NCBI GenBank assembly: GCA_013265495.1
Contig: MU058636.1
Coordinates: forward strand, 7,890,295 to 7,954,294
Origin: Vicugna vicugna
Taxonomy: Eukaryota
Length of the DNA stretch: 64,000 bases
Direction: 5' to 3'
Positions 1 through 11,924 of this stretch are shown in pieces. Under the pieces are notes generated by a model, which was given only the letters and a program-made list of their open reading frames with translations, made no database searches and was not told where the DNA came from. Each line of letters opens with the position of its first letter. Positions within the stretch are counted from its first letter, which is position 1. The translations under genes and the position numbers were made by a program.

Positions 1-2707
1 AAAGGTTTAAACAAAACAAAACAATAAAGATTTACGACAATCACAAAATTAAGTTTACAAGAATAATCTTTCCAAATATCATGATCTATAAGGAGACTGT
101 TATGAGCATTTCCTGATTGGACAAAAAATATATTTGATACACATTATTTTAACTGTACGGAAAGATTGAGAGACAATGGAAAGGGGAAAACACCACTCTC
201 TGACTGGAGCATGGCTGACTGAGAATTTTCAAAAACTTATCTAGTCTTATTAAAAATAAGCAAGTTTTTGGTATAAAAATGCTAAATTTAACCAATTCTA
301 GCTGCTCCAAGAATTAAAAAATGTTTTTCTTAATACTCTTTAAAATATTGGAAATGATCAGAGCTGAGTGGAGGGAGAAGATTGAACCTGAAAGTCCTCA
401 TTAAAAAAGCTGTAACATCTTCAAAGGCCAATTTTGCTTCTTACCATCTTTCTTTGCACTGATTCATTTCAACCTTGCCTGTGATCTTCAAGTCATTTGT
501 TCTCTGGCTGTTTGCTTTTTCTATACATCAAGTGTTTTGCCAATGACCTCTTCTCCTGCTGCCTACAAGTCAAGTGACTTTCATTGTTCTGCTACTTCTT
601 AACCAGTCCATGTGTCCTTCAACCTTTAAGTTGCCAATTTTCTCACTCTGATTTAGGCTAATTGTGTTAACCAAGATGGGTCCAGTCTTCCCAAAGTGCA
701 GGACAGAGCCCACCTTGGTCTTTTCTAAACATCATAAAAGAATCATGAAAATGCTATGCCTAGAACTGGCTTTATATTTGATCTTTTGATCCAGGAAAGT
801 ATTCACTTAAACTCTTTTTTTCTAAGGGAGTGTCATTTTAAAATAATTATTCTTACTAAGGCAGTGATTTGGACATAAGATCTTATCAAGAAATATAAAT
901 AAAGCAAAAATTTATTAAGAATAATTGTTCAATTTCCCCAGGAAAATAGTGCTATATAAATGGAAAGGAACTCATATCTGTAATTACTTTTGAGGCTACA
1001 CAAGATAGACGGTCAAAACAGTTATGTTCATATCCCATCTTGAAATACTTTACTTTTTTTAACTTCACTGAATCTACACTGTTTTGTATACAAAGAAAGG
1101 TATACTCTGAATTTTCTGTGAATTATACCTTATGTGGATAACTAATTTTTACAGAATTAGGACAAAATAATTAGTCTAACATAAAAGTCTTCTGAATATA
1201 ATTTAATCATTTTGCTGAGAAGATATTTTACTGAGCCTGAGGCTAATCCAGAGAGATAGAAGTCATCACCAAAGTAAAGAGAGATTAAGAGATTGGACTG
1301 AATCCAAAGCCACCTAATGACCTACCCTAGAAATTGATTTTTAAAATAAATCATAGTTTCCAAGCTATTACTTTGACATATCTTTAATTTTCACCAAAGT
1401 ACTATGAAAAAGTCTGATTATATTTTCTGATCATTCTTTTGAACCAGAAATAAAGAGGACGGTTCATTTTAATTTTTTTTTTTTTGGCTTACATTATCCA
1501 GTCCAGACCATGAATTCCAGTGCATTATTCAGAATCTTTATCTCTCAACATTTCTTTTCATAAGCTGGTCCTCTGACTCCAGGAGTTGATAGCAGATAGA
1601 CTAAAATTTTTTTCCTTCCTTGTTTTTTTTGGGGGTGGGGGGGAGGGCGGAGGCTGGATGCAGGGAATCCTAATGTGATTCTACTCATTTTCACTCAAAA
1701 TTCTTCTCCCAGAATGTTGTATTGATTAAGTAGGAGCAGTTCTCAAATAGGCAAATATATGGAAGGGCTTGATCAGCTTTGAATATGATTAGTAGTACGA
1801 TAATAAACTTTATTTGCATTATTGCAAGCCCAGGGGTCAGTGTTTGCCCTTGACTGCAAGTGAAGATTTACATTTAGAGAAGAGTATAGTGTTTGCACCA
1901 ACCTTCTCTCACCTAGCATGACCTAAAAGGCCATTCAGCAAAGAGAAAGCATTAGGAGAAAAGATCATCATGCAATTGAAAAGGAATGGCTCAAGGTCTT
2001 GTATAAAGCATGCTGTTTTCTAAGTAGAACTGAAAACAGCCTTGCTCAGCGGTGATAAGTTCCCTTTCAGATTCTGGAAGCGGTCTGTGTGTTCTGCAGA
2101 GAAAGTGATCCAGTGTCTCATCTAAAACTGTTCATTACATTATAATATCACATTTTACATTTGTAGACTGGAAAAAGCCTTTTGTCATGTCATGTTCATA
2201 CTTTATCGAATCGTTGCTAGTGCTTTGGGAGGACCACCCCTGGAGAATGACACAGCAGCCCTTGATAACGTGAGATGTTGGTTCCACATCAAAAGAGCCA
2301 GGGCCACTCTTTAAATAACGTCTGCACGGGACCAAAGCAGCCTGTCCCAGTTTCCCACAACAACAACAAAAAAACCTTTCAAAGTTGTTATTCACGTAGA
2401 AAAGTATTTAAATAAAGGTCAGAAACTCAGAGGTTGCTGTGCCCGATTTGAAGCTGACTCAGGTCTGTACATCACTGTATCCTGGATGTCAAGGCCAGGA
2501 CAGAGGCTCTGCCCACAGGCTGGCCGCTGGGGGTCTGACAAGGCTTCTGTGAAGGAACTGAGAGAGGAGACCCTTGAGTCAGCTCTTCTTCCTTTTACCA
2601 AGTATGGAGGTTCACGCCAGAGAGTATGCTGTGTTCTTCCAGAACTTTACAGTCCTCATCATCCCACGGGAAGGAAGGCTTCCGTCCTTTCAGAGGAGTC
2701 ACAGAGG

Positions 2708-2945
2708 CAGGCGGTGACTGCCTTTTGTAGATTTCTTCCCCGCACGGTTCTTTATTCCCAGAGTGACGTGGAAGCAGAGAACTGCTCCCCCGGCCACCCC
2801 CGGCCCAGGTCTGCCTGGTCTGTGCTGTCCCTCCAGCTGCCCACCCCCCGGGGCTCACGGTGAGGTGACACGTCCTCCCTTCCTCATGTCAGGAGGTGAC
2901 TGCCTTTTGTAGATTTCTTCCCCACATGGTTCTTTATTCCCAGAG
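2708..2945. repeat. 56-bp direct repeat pair (2708-2763, 2890-2945)
   Basis: cagg(c/a)ggtgactgccttttgtagatttcttcccc(g/a)ca(c/t)ggttctttattcccagag; 53/56 identical. Confidence 0.95.
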
Positions 2946-4289
2946 ACAAAGGGAAAGCTGGAGGACCATGAACCACAACATTCTGACAGATTTTCATTTA
3001 TAGTATCGGGATCTCACTGTCTCATTTTCCTTTCTCAAAAATCACTTTCTGAGAATAGCTCAGGAAAAAAAAAAAAGCATCATGTGGCTTTGGTTGCCAC
3101 CTGAAATGAGAGTCTGCTGTCACTGCCCCAAGATGGGTCAAGGCTATGCATTTAAGACGAAGTCGCATCCTTCTCTTCTTGAGACCTAATCTGTCTGGGA
3201 GAAACAGCCCGAGAAGCAGTATCTTGAAACACACTTGTTCGATTTGGTTTCCACAGCGCCACCCTTGACCTCATTCACACCGTCAGGGGGCCTAAACACA
3301 CACAGTTTGGGGCATCCTCAGAATTATACATAGACTGTCAAAACATTCCCCAGAGAGAAAGAAGGTTTACCAATTTTTAAAACTCCAGTAAGAAAATGAG
3401 GATTCATGTCAGCACATTAAAATCATTTCTAACAGTGCATATACTCTATTGTTTCAAAGCAGAACAGTGAAATGAAATTTGTGTATCTGTTGTTTTTAAT
3501 TAAGAAGTATTCTGGAAATAATATTAAATCTTAAATATTGTGGGGAGAATGTTTAAAGAAGGTATTTCATTGTGAAATGTCAAGTAAGGATATAAGGTCT
3601 CCTTTGTTCATTTCTACCATCTTCCAAGGCCACTTGGAAGGTCAGATGCTTTCCGCAAACCTTCTTGGCCTCATTTGCCATTAACTGTTCTATAGACCCT
3701 TGAGGCTCACAGTGAGCTTTTGTCGGAAAGAAGGTGACCTTCTGGATGTGAAACAAACTCTTGGAATATTTACACTGTAAAGAGATTCCTTTGTTCTAGC
3801 AAGGGGTATGGTGGCCAATTATGAGCTCTGCCATTGAATTGCTGATACTCCAGTGACACTGCCTGTGCCTTCAGCACTGCCCCTCCCAGAAGATGATACA
3901 GATCTGGATAGCAAGAGTAGTTTTAGAAAAAATCAGCCAATTCCAACTGAGTCTATGCCCACCTGCACATGTCAGAACTATTGGACTAGCAGAGACATGG
4001 AAGTTCCTCTGGTCTTTCTAGGCATCGAGAAAGAACTATCAACTGGTCCTTTCATTGGATGGCCTTTTATCATTTTCTAATTCCATGATTTTGGAAGTGG
4101 TATCATATCCTAACTCAGGACCTCATGGAGAGGTAGGAAAGGTGAATATCACTGGACAAAGGCAAAAACTGAAGAATCAAGACTGAACTGTGGGCCTGTC
4201 TGATGTAAGCAGCAGGCAGGAACTAATTACCCACATCTCGTCACTTTTCTCTTCCTACCACAGTTGAGGAAACCAAGAACACCATGCAG

Positions 4290-4430
4290 GCATGGGTTCT
4301 AGTCCATTCTCTGTCTCTGATTAGCTGCGAACCCTGAGTCAATCACAGCGTCTTTGCAGCTCAGTTTCCTCATCTGCAAAATGGGAAGAATACTTTCTGC
4401 TCTGCCTCCCCTACAAATTAATTTGTGTGA
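4290..4430 (+). mobile_element. MIR SINE
   Basis: CORE-like ctcagtttcctcatctgcaaaatgggaagaata, preceded by tagctgcgaaccctgagtc. Confidence 0.8.
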
Positions 4431-5568
4431 GAAACACACAAATGCACGGAACCTACCTTCTTGCCCATGTCAGAAAAAGAAGAGGTGAAATCCTCACTAC
4501 CACACGACAGGAAAGCCGAGACCAGATGGCATAAAGGGTAAGGCTGGGCAGAGCCTAAACTCCTGGCTTACCTTCTAATTAGACACATTCCTTCTGTCAA
4601 ATCAATCAGCTTCTTTGTTCTGTTTCCGCACCTCAATTGAGGAAGTCCTACCACAACATCTTGAACATCTTCTTCAGTTCAGTCCATGAGATTCTTTCCT
4701 AGTTTTCTTTCCTGTAGATCATGCTGCCTCTGAGATGCTGCAGTTTTCCCTACAGATGAACGGCTAGGACAGTTCCAAGCTCCAAAAGGCCAGGTGTTGC
4801 CAAATCAGTGTAACACACTTGCGGTCCCACTGTGATTCTCGCTCTCTTTTTTTCAGGCTCGTTGGGAGCCTGTAGCAGCCTCATGGAATTAAAGTCACCA
4901 GGCAAGACATAATGAGGAGGAGGAGTCAAATTATTTTAGGAAGTACTGAGACACTTGCCTGTGGCTTCCTCTGAGGAAGATCATTGACCTGCTTGAATGC
5001 CGACCGGGGCAGCCCTCTCAGGAGTGTCCCCTCCTTCCCACGGATCATTAGTGCCACTCAGCCCCAGCTGCAGCGGCCCGTGTCAGCCCCTCAAGGACTC
5101 AGCCGCTTAATGAGATTTGGAGAATGGAAGGGAAAGGCAAGTTTTCAAGGTAAAGTGAGGGGCAGAGGTTAGGGAAAAGGGAAGCCAGGGCAGAGTGGAT
5201 GTTTTCGCATCAGCATTTCACTAACATCTGACACCAGGAAATTTGGAAATTTACAACAAAATGATCTAATGCTGTAAAGAGCTAGGAAGAACATCTTTTC
5301 TGTAATTCAGAAAAGAGAGTCATCCATTGGGAGGGATCATTCTCCCTCAGGCTGCTTCCCTCCCCCCTGCACACGCTAGGCAGAAACCGGCTGTGACTTC
5401 TCCAGTCATGGATGAGAGGGTGTCTGAGACACACAGAGCCCATGCTTGGAGCCTGGAGAATCATGCTTTGTCCCAGGGCTACCTGCCTATCTCAGTCCAC
5501 TGTTTCTGGTCCTCCTCGCAGGGACCACATCAGGAGGGAGACCATGGCCAAGAGCATCTGCACCCATT

Positions 5569-5571
<3 letters not shown>

Positions 5572-5601
<30 letters not shown>
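5572..5601. repeat. (AC)15 microsatellite
   Basis: Perfect dinucleotide run. Confidence 0.97.
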
Positions 5602-5603
<2 letters not shown>

Positions 5604-5639
5604 CACACTAATTATGGCCCAATCTTTACAATTAATAAT

Positions 5640-5810
5640 TGATCCCTATATAACACAGTGAGGGGATGGGGCAGGTGCTGTGCCATTTTCCAGATGAGAA
5701 AAATGAAGCTCAGAAAATGTAGGCAATTTGCCCAACTTCCCAAAGATACAGGAGAATTCAGGCCTCAAACTTAAGTCTCTTGACAGCAAAGCGAATACTC
5801 TTTCTGCCAC
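5640..5810 (-). mobile_element. MIR SINE
   Basis: ccattttccagatgagaaaaatgaagctcagaaa...aatttgccca is the reverse complement of the MIR CORE. Confidence 0.8.
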
Positions 5811-6458
5811 TCAGAGGAAATCCAACCTTTATTCTTCTAAAGTAATCTAAAGGTTTTTTTTTTAATAGAGTGCCTAAAATATGCAGAACAAAGTACATAG
5901 GTGGATCTAAAGGAAAAGAAATCTGTAGAAATGCCTCCTGATCTCAAGGAGATATATTTTTACAAACAAATCAGCAAATTACGAAAAGCAAACTTCCATG
6001 GGCAGTATTTCTCCAAAGTGTGCTAGAAGGAAACACTGGTCTGGAATTGTGCTAGTGGGCTGGAGAGTGCGTGGAATCCATTTTCCGGAGGAGGGAGGTT
6101 TGGAGCTAAATTTCTGGGTCCTATTCTCAGAGCATCCACTTGAAGCATCTGTTGAAATCTCAGCAGATGGAACACATCAGAAATGTATTTTCCTTTTTAT
6201 TTTATCTTTGGTTTCTTGGAGAAACCTGACACCTAGGCTACAGTGGAGATCAAATAAAAGTTCATTTTTATATCATCACTTGTAATATAAAGACAGAAAT
6301 GTTACTTGTTCCCAGGGAAGTTATTTCCTTCTTTTCCCTCCTCAGTGAGTTTTACACTTAAGCCTTCCTGAAATGAAAACTAGAAATGAGAGTTAAATGT
6401 GATTTTTTTCTGAATAATGCACTCAGTTGCTGTGGCTTTTTGGTTTCTGTTTTCACAG

Positions 6459-6640
6459 TGTCATTGGACAACTGATACCCTGCTACCTTTGTTTGAAAAC
6501 TGAGAGTTTTTCTTGTGCTGATTTAACTGCCTGCAATTTTTGCTGATGCTCTTGTGACAAAAAGAATGCTGATTCTGTCCTTTTTAACCCCTGTGTGAAA
6601 CTGACTTAATAGACTGTGCATTCTCTGACCTTCTCTAAAG
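6459..6640 (+). other. SERTM1: SERTM1 5'UTR part of terminal exon, with two uORFs (6546-6557, 6566-6598)
   Basis: Lies between the acceptor and main ATG. Contains ATG CTC TTG TGA and ATG CTG ATT CTG TCC TTT TTA ACC CCT GTG TGA. Confidence 0.65.
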
Positions 6641-6964
6641 ATGTCTGAACCTGACTCTTCATCTGCATTCTCGGGAAATGTGGAGAATGGAACTTTCCTT
6701 GAGCTTTTTCCCACATCCCTGTCCACATCGGTGGACCCGTCCTCAGGCCACCTGTCAAATGTCTACATCTATGTGTCCATATTCCTCAGCCTTTTAGCCT
6801 TCCTGCTTCTGCTTTTAATCATTGCCCTCCAGAGGCTCAAAAATATCATCTCCTCCAGTTCCTCCTACCCAGAGTATCCAAGCGATGCGGGAAGCTCTTT
6901 CACCAACTTGGAAGTCTGCAGCATTTCCTCGCAAAGGTCCACTTTTTCAAACCTTTCGTCCTGA
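6641..6964 (+). CDS. SERTM1: Serine-rich and transmembrane domain-containing protein 1 (107 aa, CDS in one exon)
   Basis: ORF MSEPDSSSAFSGNVENGTFLELFPTSLSTSVDPSSGHLSNVYIYVSIFLSLLAFLLLLLIIALQRLKNIISSSSSYPEYPSDAGSSFTNLEVCSISSQRSTFSNLSS is recognisable as mammalian SERTM1. One hydrophobic helix (~aa 43-63), Ser-rich flanks, A at Kozak -3. Confidence 0.97.
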   Translation: MSEPDSSSAFSGNVENGTFLELFPTSLSTSVDPSSGHLSNVYIYVSIFLSLLAFLLLLLIIALQRLKNIISSSSSYPEYPSDAGSSFTNLEVCSISSQRSTFSNLSS

Positions 6965-8827
6965 AGAAAATGGAGAAGTCCTTCAGTCCTGGAGCTACTT
7001 AAGTCTTCCCTGGGGGGAGTGTTGCACGAAGCAGGTGCCTCATGAGAGAAATGCCCGTTTTGTCCTTTTCCATCAATCAGACCTGTTTCTCCCTCTCCTT
7101 CACCCCTGATATCTTTTTCTGCTCGTGATGCTTTTTATTTGGGAATGTAGGAGTCGATGCTGACAGAAATGCATGCAAGGTGCAGAATTTCACATAATCC
7201 ACTTGGCGAAACTGGAGCTGGCTTCCTCTGGGTGGATCAGGCCACCCTGGTGGACACCTGAGGCAGAACTCACCTGGGGCGGCCGTGCAGTGGATGCTGG
7301 ATCTGGACTCTGCACGTTGTTCTCTTCCGAAACTGTGAAATCCACTGAGCCAGCAGAAACTGGCAAAATTAAGACTGAGCTATGTAGAAGATATTTTCCA
7401 TATTTAAAGGATACAGTAGAAACACCAAACTTTAAAAAAAGAGTCCATTTAGATTTCATGTATAATATCTCTAAAACTGGTTAGCAAAAGTATGCTGTTT
7501 TATTTCATTTCACTGTAGCAAGTGAAAATCATTTTTATTGATGAATTAAGTCATATTTGGAAAAGTTCTGGAAGACTTTAACTTTTAATGGCAAGATGAA
7601 TATGTGTTACAATGCAGTCTGTCATGTATTTCTGCCTCTTGAGGGTTTTTTTCCTATTTATGTTATAATCATAACACCCCTACATTTGTGGAATTCTTTG
7701 TGATAATTGCTGTTGCTATTACTAAGAGAGGCACCAGAAGAGAGACCAGGAAGTTTATTTTATATCTATAATTTCCATCAGCAGGAATCACACATATGGA
7801 AAATATTCATTTAGTCGTATTTTATACAGAGTAATAATGCCTAGCAGTCGTGTAAGTATGCTCCTTTTCTCAGTTTCCTAGTCTTTATCCCTTTGGTGCA
7901 GAATTGTATTAAGCTTTCAAAATGTCAGGTGTTTGTTCAGTCACATTAGGTTGCAAAACTTAGAAGACTCAATTGCTAATATCCATGTTACTATATACTC
8001 CATGGACGTTATGTGTCTCTGATAACGTGTCTCACTGTTATGTGTTAACACAATACACTACATTAGGATTCCATGATGTGGATTTATGTTTAAAAACTGT
8101 AGACACCAAAGTTGGGTAGCTGCTGGGAGATGAGTGATCCTGGACACTACCAGACTGTGGTCAGCCAAGCACATCTGAACTTGGGGGCTTTGTCCAGAAA
8201 ATGAGGCACATGTGTGAGCACAGATGTGGAATAAGGGGCGGGGGATCGAGCCACCCCTAAAAAACAAACAGGGCAAACAAACTACAGCTTCTTAAGAGTA
8301 AGAATTTTAATTTGATCTTTAAAATAAATGGTCCACAGCATAAACACTGAACATATTCAGCCTTCAAAGCCCACTGTATCATGCTCCTGTCTTCCCATGA
8401 CAACCGGATCCTTCTTGTCCAAAACATTTACTCATCTTAAGTGGTGGGGCTTCAACCCACCTTTGGTTTGGTGGCGTGTCATCTCCATCCAGTAATTGAA
8501 TGGGATAAAGAATCTACCACTTTAACAGGTCATTCTTTTCCTTCTAAAATACTGGTAGAGATGCGTTTGGGCAGTGAGGATCAGAAGGTTTCTTTCTTTT
8601 TTTTTATCCATAAGCCTCACTTAAATGAGACCACACTGAAAGATTTATATATCAAAATTCTCCCCAGACACCCAAAGACCTGCAACAGGGCTGCTGCCCT
8701 AAAATGTATAATTAGTGAAAATTTTGCTTCTGCTGTCATTTTAAAACACAGCAGTGTGTTAGAGTGTTATTATGTAGTATAAATGCTGGACTAGAAAAAT
8801 GCTGCTATTTTAGACCATTATCAGCAT

Positions 8828-8860
8828 TGTGTGTATGTGTGTGTGTGTATGTGTGTGTAT
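8828..8860. repeat. Imperfect (TG)n microsatellite in 3'UTR
   Basis: tgtgtgtatgtgtgtgtgtgtatgtgtgtgtat. Confidence 0.9.
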
Positions 8861-9345
8861 ACACAACACATTCTCAGAATATATAGTATATATATTCACA
8901 CATCCCAGTTGTGTGAAGGCTGCACAGGAGTACAGAGGCATCTATATTATCACTTTTGCTCTTTGATTAATCTTGTGCTATTTTGGTTACGAAGGAAGAA
9001 AGGATATGGATGAAGTGACTTTTAAAAATAAAGGAGAAAATGTGCCACACAACAGGCTAATCTGAGTGTGATCTGTTCTAAGGGGTAACTTTATACTCTT
9101 TCCCCCGGAAGAGATCCAAAGACTTCTGAAAGTTAAACTGTTTTTTTTTTAATCTGCAGGCACACGCCCTCCCCTTCCCCGCTCCCCCATCACAGTGGGT
9201 CCCACTCCCCAGGTTAAGTAGAGTGGTTGGGAGCAACATTCAAAGATGTAAAATAGGATTTGTCATTACCAGCTTGTCAAGATAACAGATTGGACAACTT
9301 GAATCTGTGTTAAGAAGTTCAGAAAGGTGGGAAGACTGGTTTATA

Positions 9346-9351
9346 AATAAA
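9346..9351 (+). terminator. Probable SERTM1 polyadenylation signal
   Basis: AATAAA followed by CA dinucleotides and a U-rich downstream element (ctcttctcttattgttct) about 30 nt later. Confidence 0.5.
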
Positions 9352-10451
9352 GGAATCAAGCCCACTGAAAGCCTGGCTCTTCTCTTATTGTTCTCAGTGA
9401 GATGGTCCACAAGCTTCTCTCCTAGAAAGGCTTTTTCATCACTTCCTCTCTGAAGCAGAGTAACTCATGAGCCAGCGTCCCAAATGTCAGCCTCTCCCCA
9501 CCCTGAAGGGTCCCCTCCCTCTGGGGCAGTGAGTCCCATACTTCCCTGACCAGAAGAGTCACCTGGATGCTTAGAAAACATTCAGGTTCCCAAGGAGTAG
9601 AGCCTTTAGCAAGGACCTTGGGTGATGCTCGTGGCCAGTGGGACACACTGTGGCAGAGGAAGGGTCCCATTTATTGCTCGAGTATATTTGTGGAGGATGG
9701 GGCGGTGGGGAGTGGTCTTACCTCTGGACCACTGCCTACGTAACTGCTGTTTCTGCAAGCTACCTGTCCCCTCTGCGCACACACAGCTCACAGCCCCGCC
9801 CACCAGAGTCCCTCACTTTCTCTGGGCTCTGAACCCCAGGCCACCCTCACACTGGGTTCCGTGAAGGGGACCCGAGGAAAGTCACATCCCTCCCTTCTTC
9901 CCCATCACCCCTCTTCCACACACTGGGTTAGAAGATTAGGGGGTCACCAATGAGATTTATAAAATGAGAGGAAACGTTTTACATGGTATCCTAACTAGAC
10001 GATTCCCACAATCCAAAGGAAAACATTAGCCCACGAATGATCATTGAGTGAAAGTGAGACATTCACAAAGAAGAACGCCAGTTTCTAGACTTTCTGCCTA
10101 AAGTTTGCCTTTCTGCACTGAAGAGGCTCCCACTTCAAACCAATGCCTGGTCCCGTGTTCCTTAGGAAGTCCTCTGGGATCCGATCCATCCTACTTGGTA
10201 CAACACACAGAACCCAAGTTTCAGGAGTGCATTTCGTAGAGCCCGAGTCACTCAGGACAGAACGGGCTGCACATGGAGGGCGTGGAGGGGGGGTTCTGCG
10301 GTGGGGAGGGGGCGAGGCTGAAGCAGAAAGGCCAAGGGAAGAAGCTCTGGGGCCCCAGGCCCGCCCCTCTCAGTGTCTCCCCCTGTGAGAGGTCACTGTG
10401 CTGCTCTTTCTTCCTGGTCACCAGAGGGCAGCTCCCACTGGTGTGTGAGTG

Positions 10452-10473
10452 CACACACACACACACACACACA
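10452..10473. repeat. (CA)11 microsatellite
   Basis: Perfect run. Confidence 0.95.
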
Positions 10474-10854
10474 AGCATACACTCTCCTTCACGCACATGA
10501 ATTTCCCAAGAGCAAACAACAGTTCTGTGTTCAAAGTCCACACGTCCGCTTCCACGGCCTGCTGACCGCAGTGTAAGCCTGCCCCGGAGGGCAGCACAGC
10601 ACACTCGCTTTCCCTTGCTTATTCTTCAACTTCAAACCCATGCCTAAAACACCTATATTCCATCAGAGACAATTCCTAGTCATACTCTTTTAATACAACA
10701 GAGCTCACTGACCCCTGTAGTCATTTCACATCTGACTATTCAGAGACCTCATCAAACCATTGCAAGTACTGGCTGCTTTTCTTTGTCTTCGATCTGATCC
10801 ACTCCAGGGAGGGTGTGTGCCACCCTGAATGCCATAGGGAGACACTGTTATCAT

Positions 10855-11360
10855 TGGGCATTTATTAAATAAACAAGTAAGTCCACTGTCACCAGGCACA
10901 GCAAACAGATCAGTTTCTGCCTAATCTAGTGAAGATACAAAAACAAATGAACAAACAATATGTATAATTACACTCCCACTTAGCACTACAAATGAAAAGA
11001 GCGAAGTGATAGGCAAGAAGGGAAACTACTTAAGATATGGTGGCCAGGGAGGGCCTTTTTGATGAGGTCATATGTAAGAACTGGGAAGAATAGCTTCTCA
11101 AAGTCAGTAGCATGTACAAAGGCCCTGTGGCAGGAAAGGTCTCAGCTCGAATGAGCAGAAGTCAGAGTGCTACGGTACAGAGCGTGAAGCTGGAGTGGCA
11201 GTGGGCAGGGGCAGACTATACAGGGCCTGGTAGGTTATAGAAAGGATTTGAGTTTTATTCGGAGCACAGGGGGGCATCCATTGAAGGATTCTAAACAGAG
11301 AAGTTAAATAATTGAATTTATACTTTAGAAAGATTACTCTAGCTTCTTTGTGGAACACAG
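10855..11360 (-). mobile_element. L2 LINE 3' fragment
   Basis: Typical antisense L2 motifs: gcatgtacaaaggccctgtggcagga, ggatttgagttttattc, tttagaaagattactctagct. Confidence 0.75.
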
Positions 11361-11563
11361 ACCAGAGATGGCCAAAAAGTTCTATTCAGATCCACCCTGG
11401 GTGGGATATGGGAGTGGGTGGAGACTTGTTCTCCCGGCTACAAATATCTGTTCATCTTCTAGCCATGGAAACGGTCTTAGCTCAGAATGAGTGTTACCAC
11501 ACACCTCCCCTCCTCCTCCACTGCTTTCACCACACACTCACCTCTCTCCCTCCTTCTCCCCGC

Positions 11564-11587
11564 CACACACACACACACACACACACA
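11564..11587. repeat. (CA)12 microsatellite
   Basis: Perfect run. Confidence 0.95.
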
Positions 11588-11924
11588 TCCTTTCTCACAT
11601 TCCCCTCCTCACTTCTCTTCTCTTGTCCCCATTTAGCCCTTGTATAAAGTCTTTCAATCATTTTCAGTCCACGTAACTCTTTCTCCAGTATTTTTAACGT
11701 GATGTGTGACTAATGTTCCAATAAAACTCTAATACTGCAGTAAAGTTGACACGCTTAAAATGCTGCTCCTTAAAATTCTATTCCTGAAAAAGCTGTCCTT
11801 CTTTATCTGCTATCTGGTTTATTCCTTATGATGCCAGCCTCTTGTGAACAGTTGACATTTTTGGACAGTTTATCCTCACCTATCTGCCTGTCCTTTTAAC
11901 TCACTCTATGTGCCACAGAACACA

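Larger units (their letters stand above)
1..6458 (+). other. SERTM1: 3' part of SERTM1 intron, ending at a splice acceptor
   Basis: Pyrimidine tract plus CAG (ggctttttggtttctgttttcacag|tgtc) ends at 6458, 182 nt before the ATG. No CpG-island promoter upstream in the window. SERTM1 is recalled to have a non-coding first exon. Confidence 0.7.
6965..9370 (+). other. SERTM1: SERTM1 3'UTR (approximate end)
   Basis: AT-rich stretch after the stop, largely free of interspersed repeats, with AATAAA at 8323, 9027 and 9346. Confidence 0.55.

Noticed and set aside
2486..2863. 125-aa ATG ORF in the SERTM1 intron
   Set aside because: No recognisable homology; it stays open mainly because it runs into the GC-rich duplicated region.
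6965..7045. Stop-codon readthrough extension of SERTM1 (26 further codons)
   Set aside because: The stop context is TGA-AGA, not the TGA-CTAG readthrough motif, and the length is within chance.
6822..7109. 95-aa ORF overlapping the SERTM1 CDS; also antisense ORF 6523-6726
   Set aside because: Non-ATG starts and no homology; typical shadow ORFs of a real CDS.
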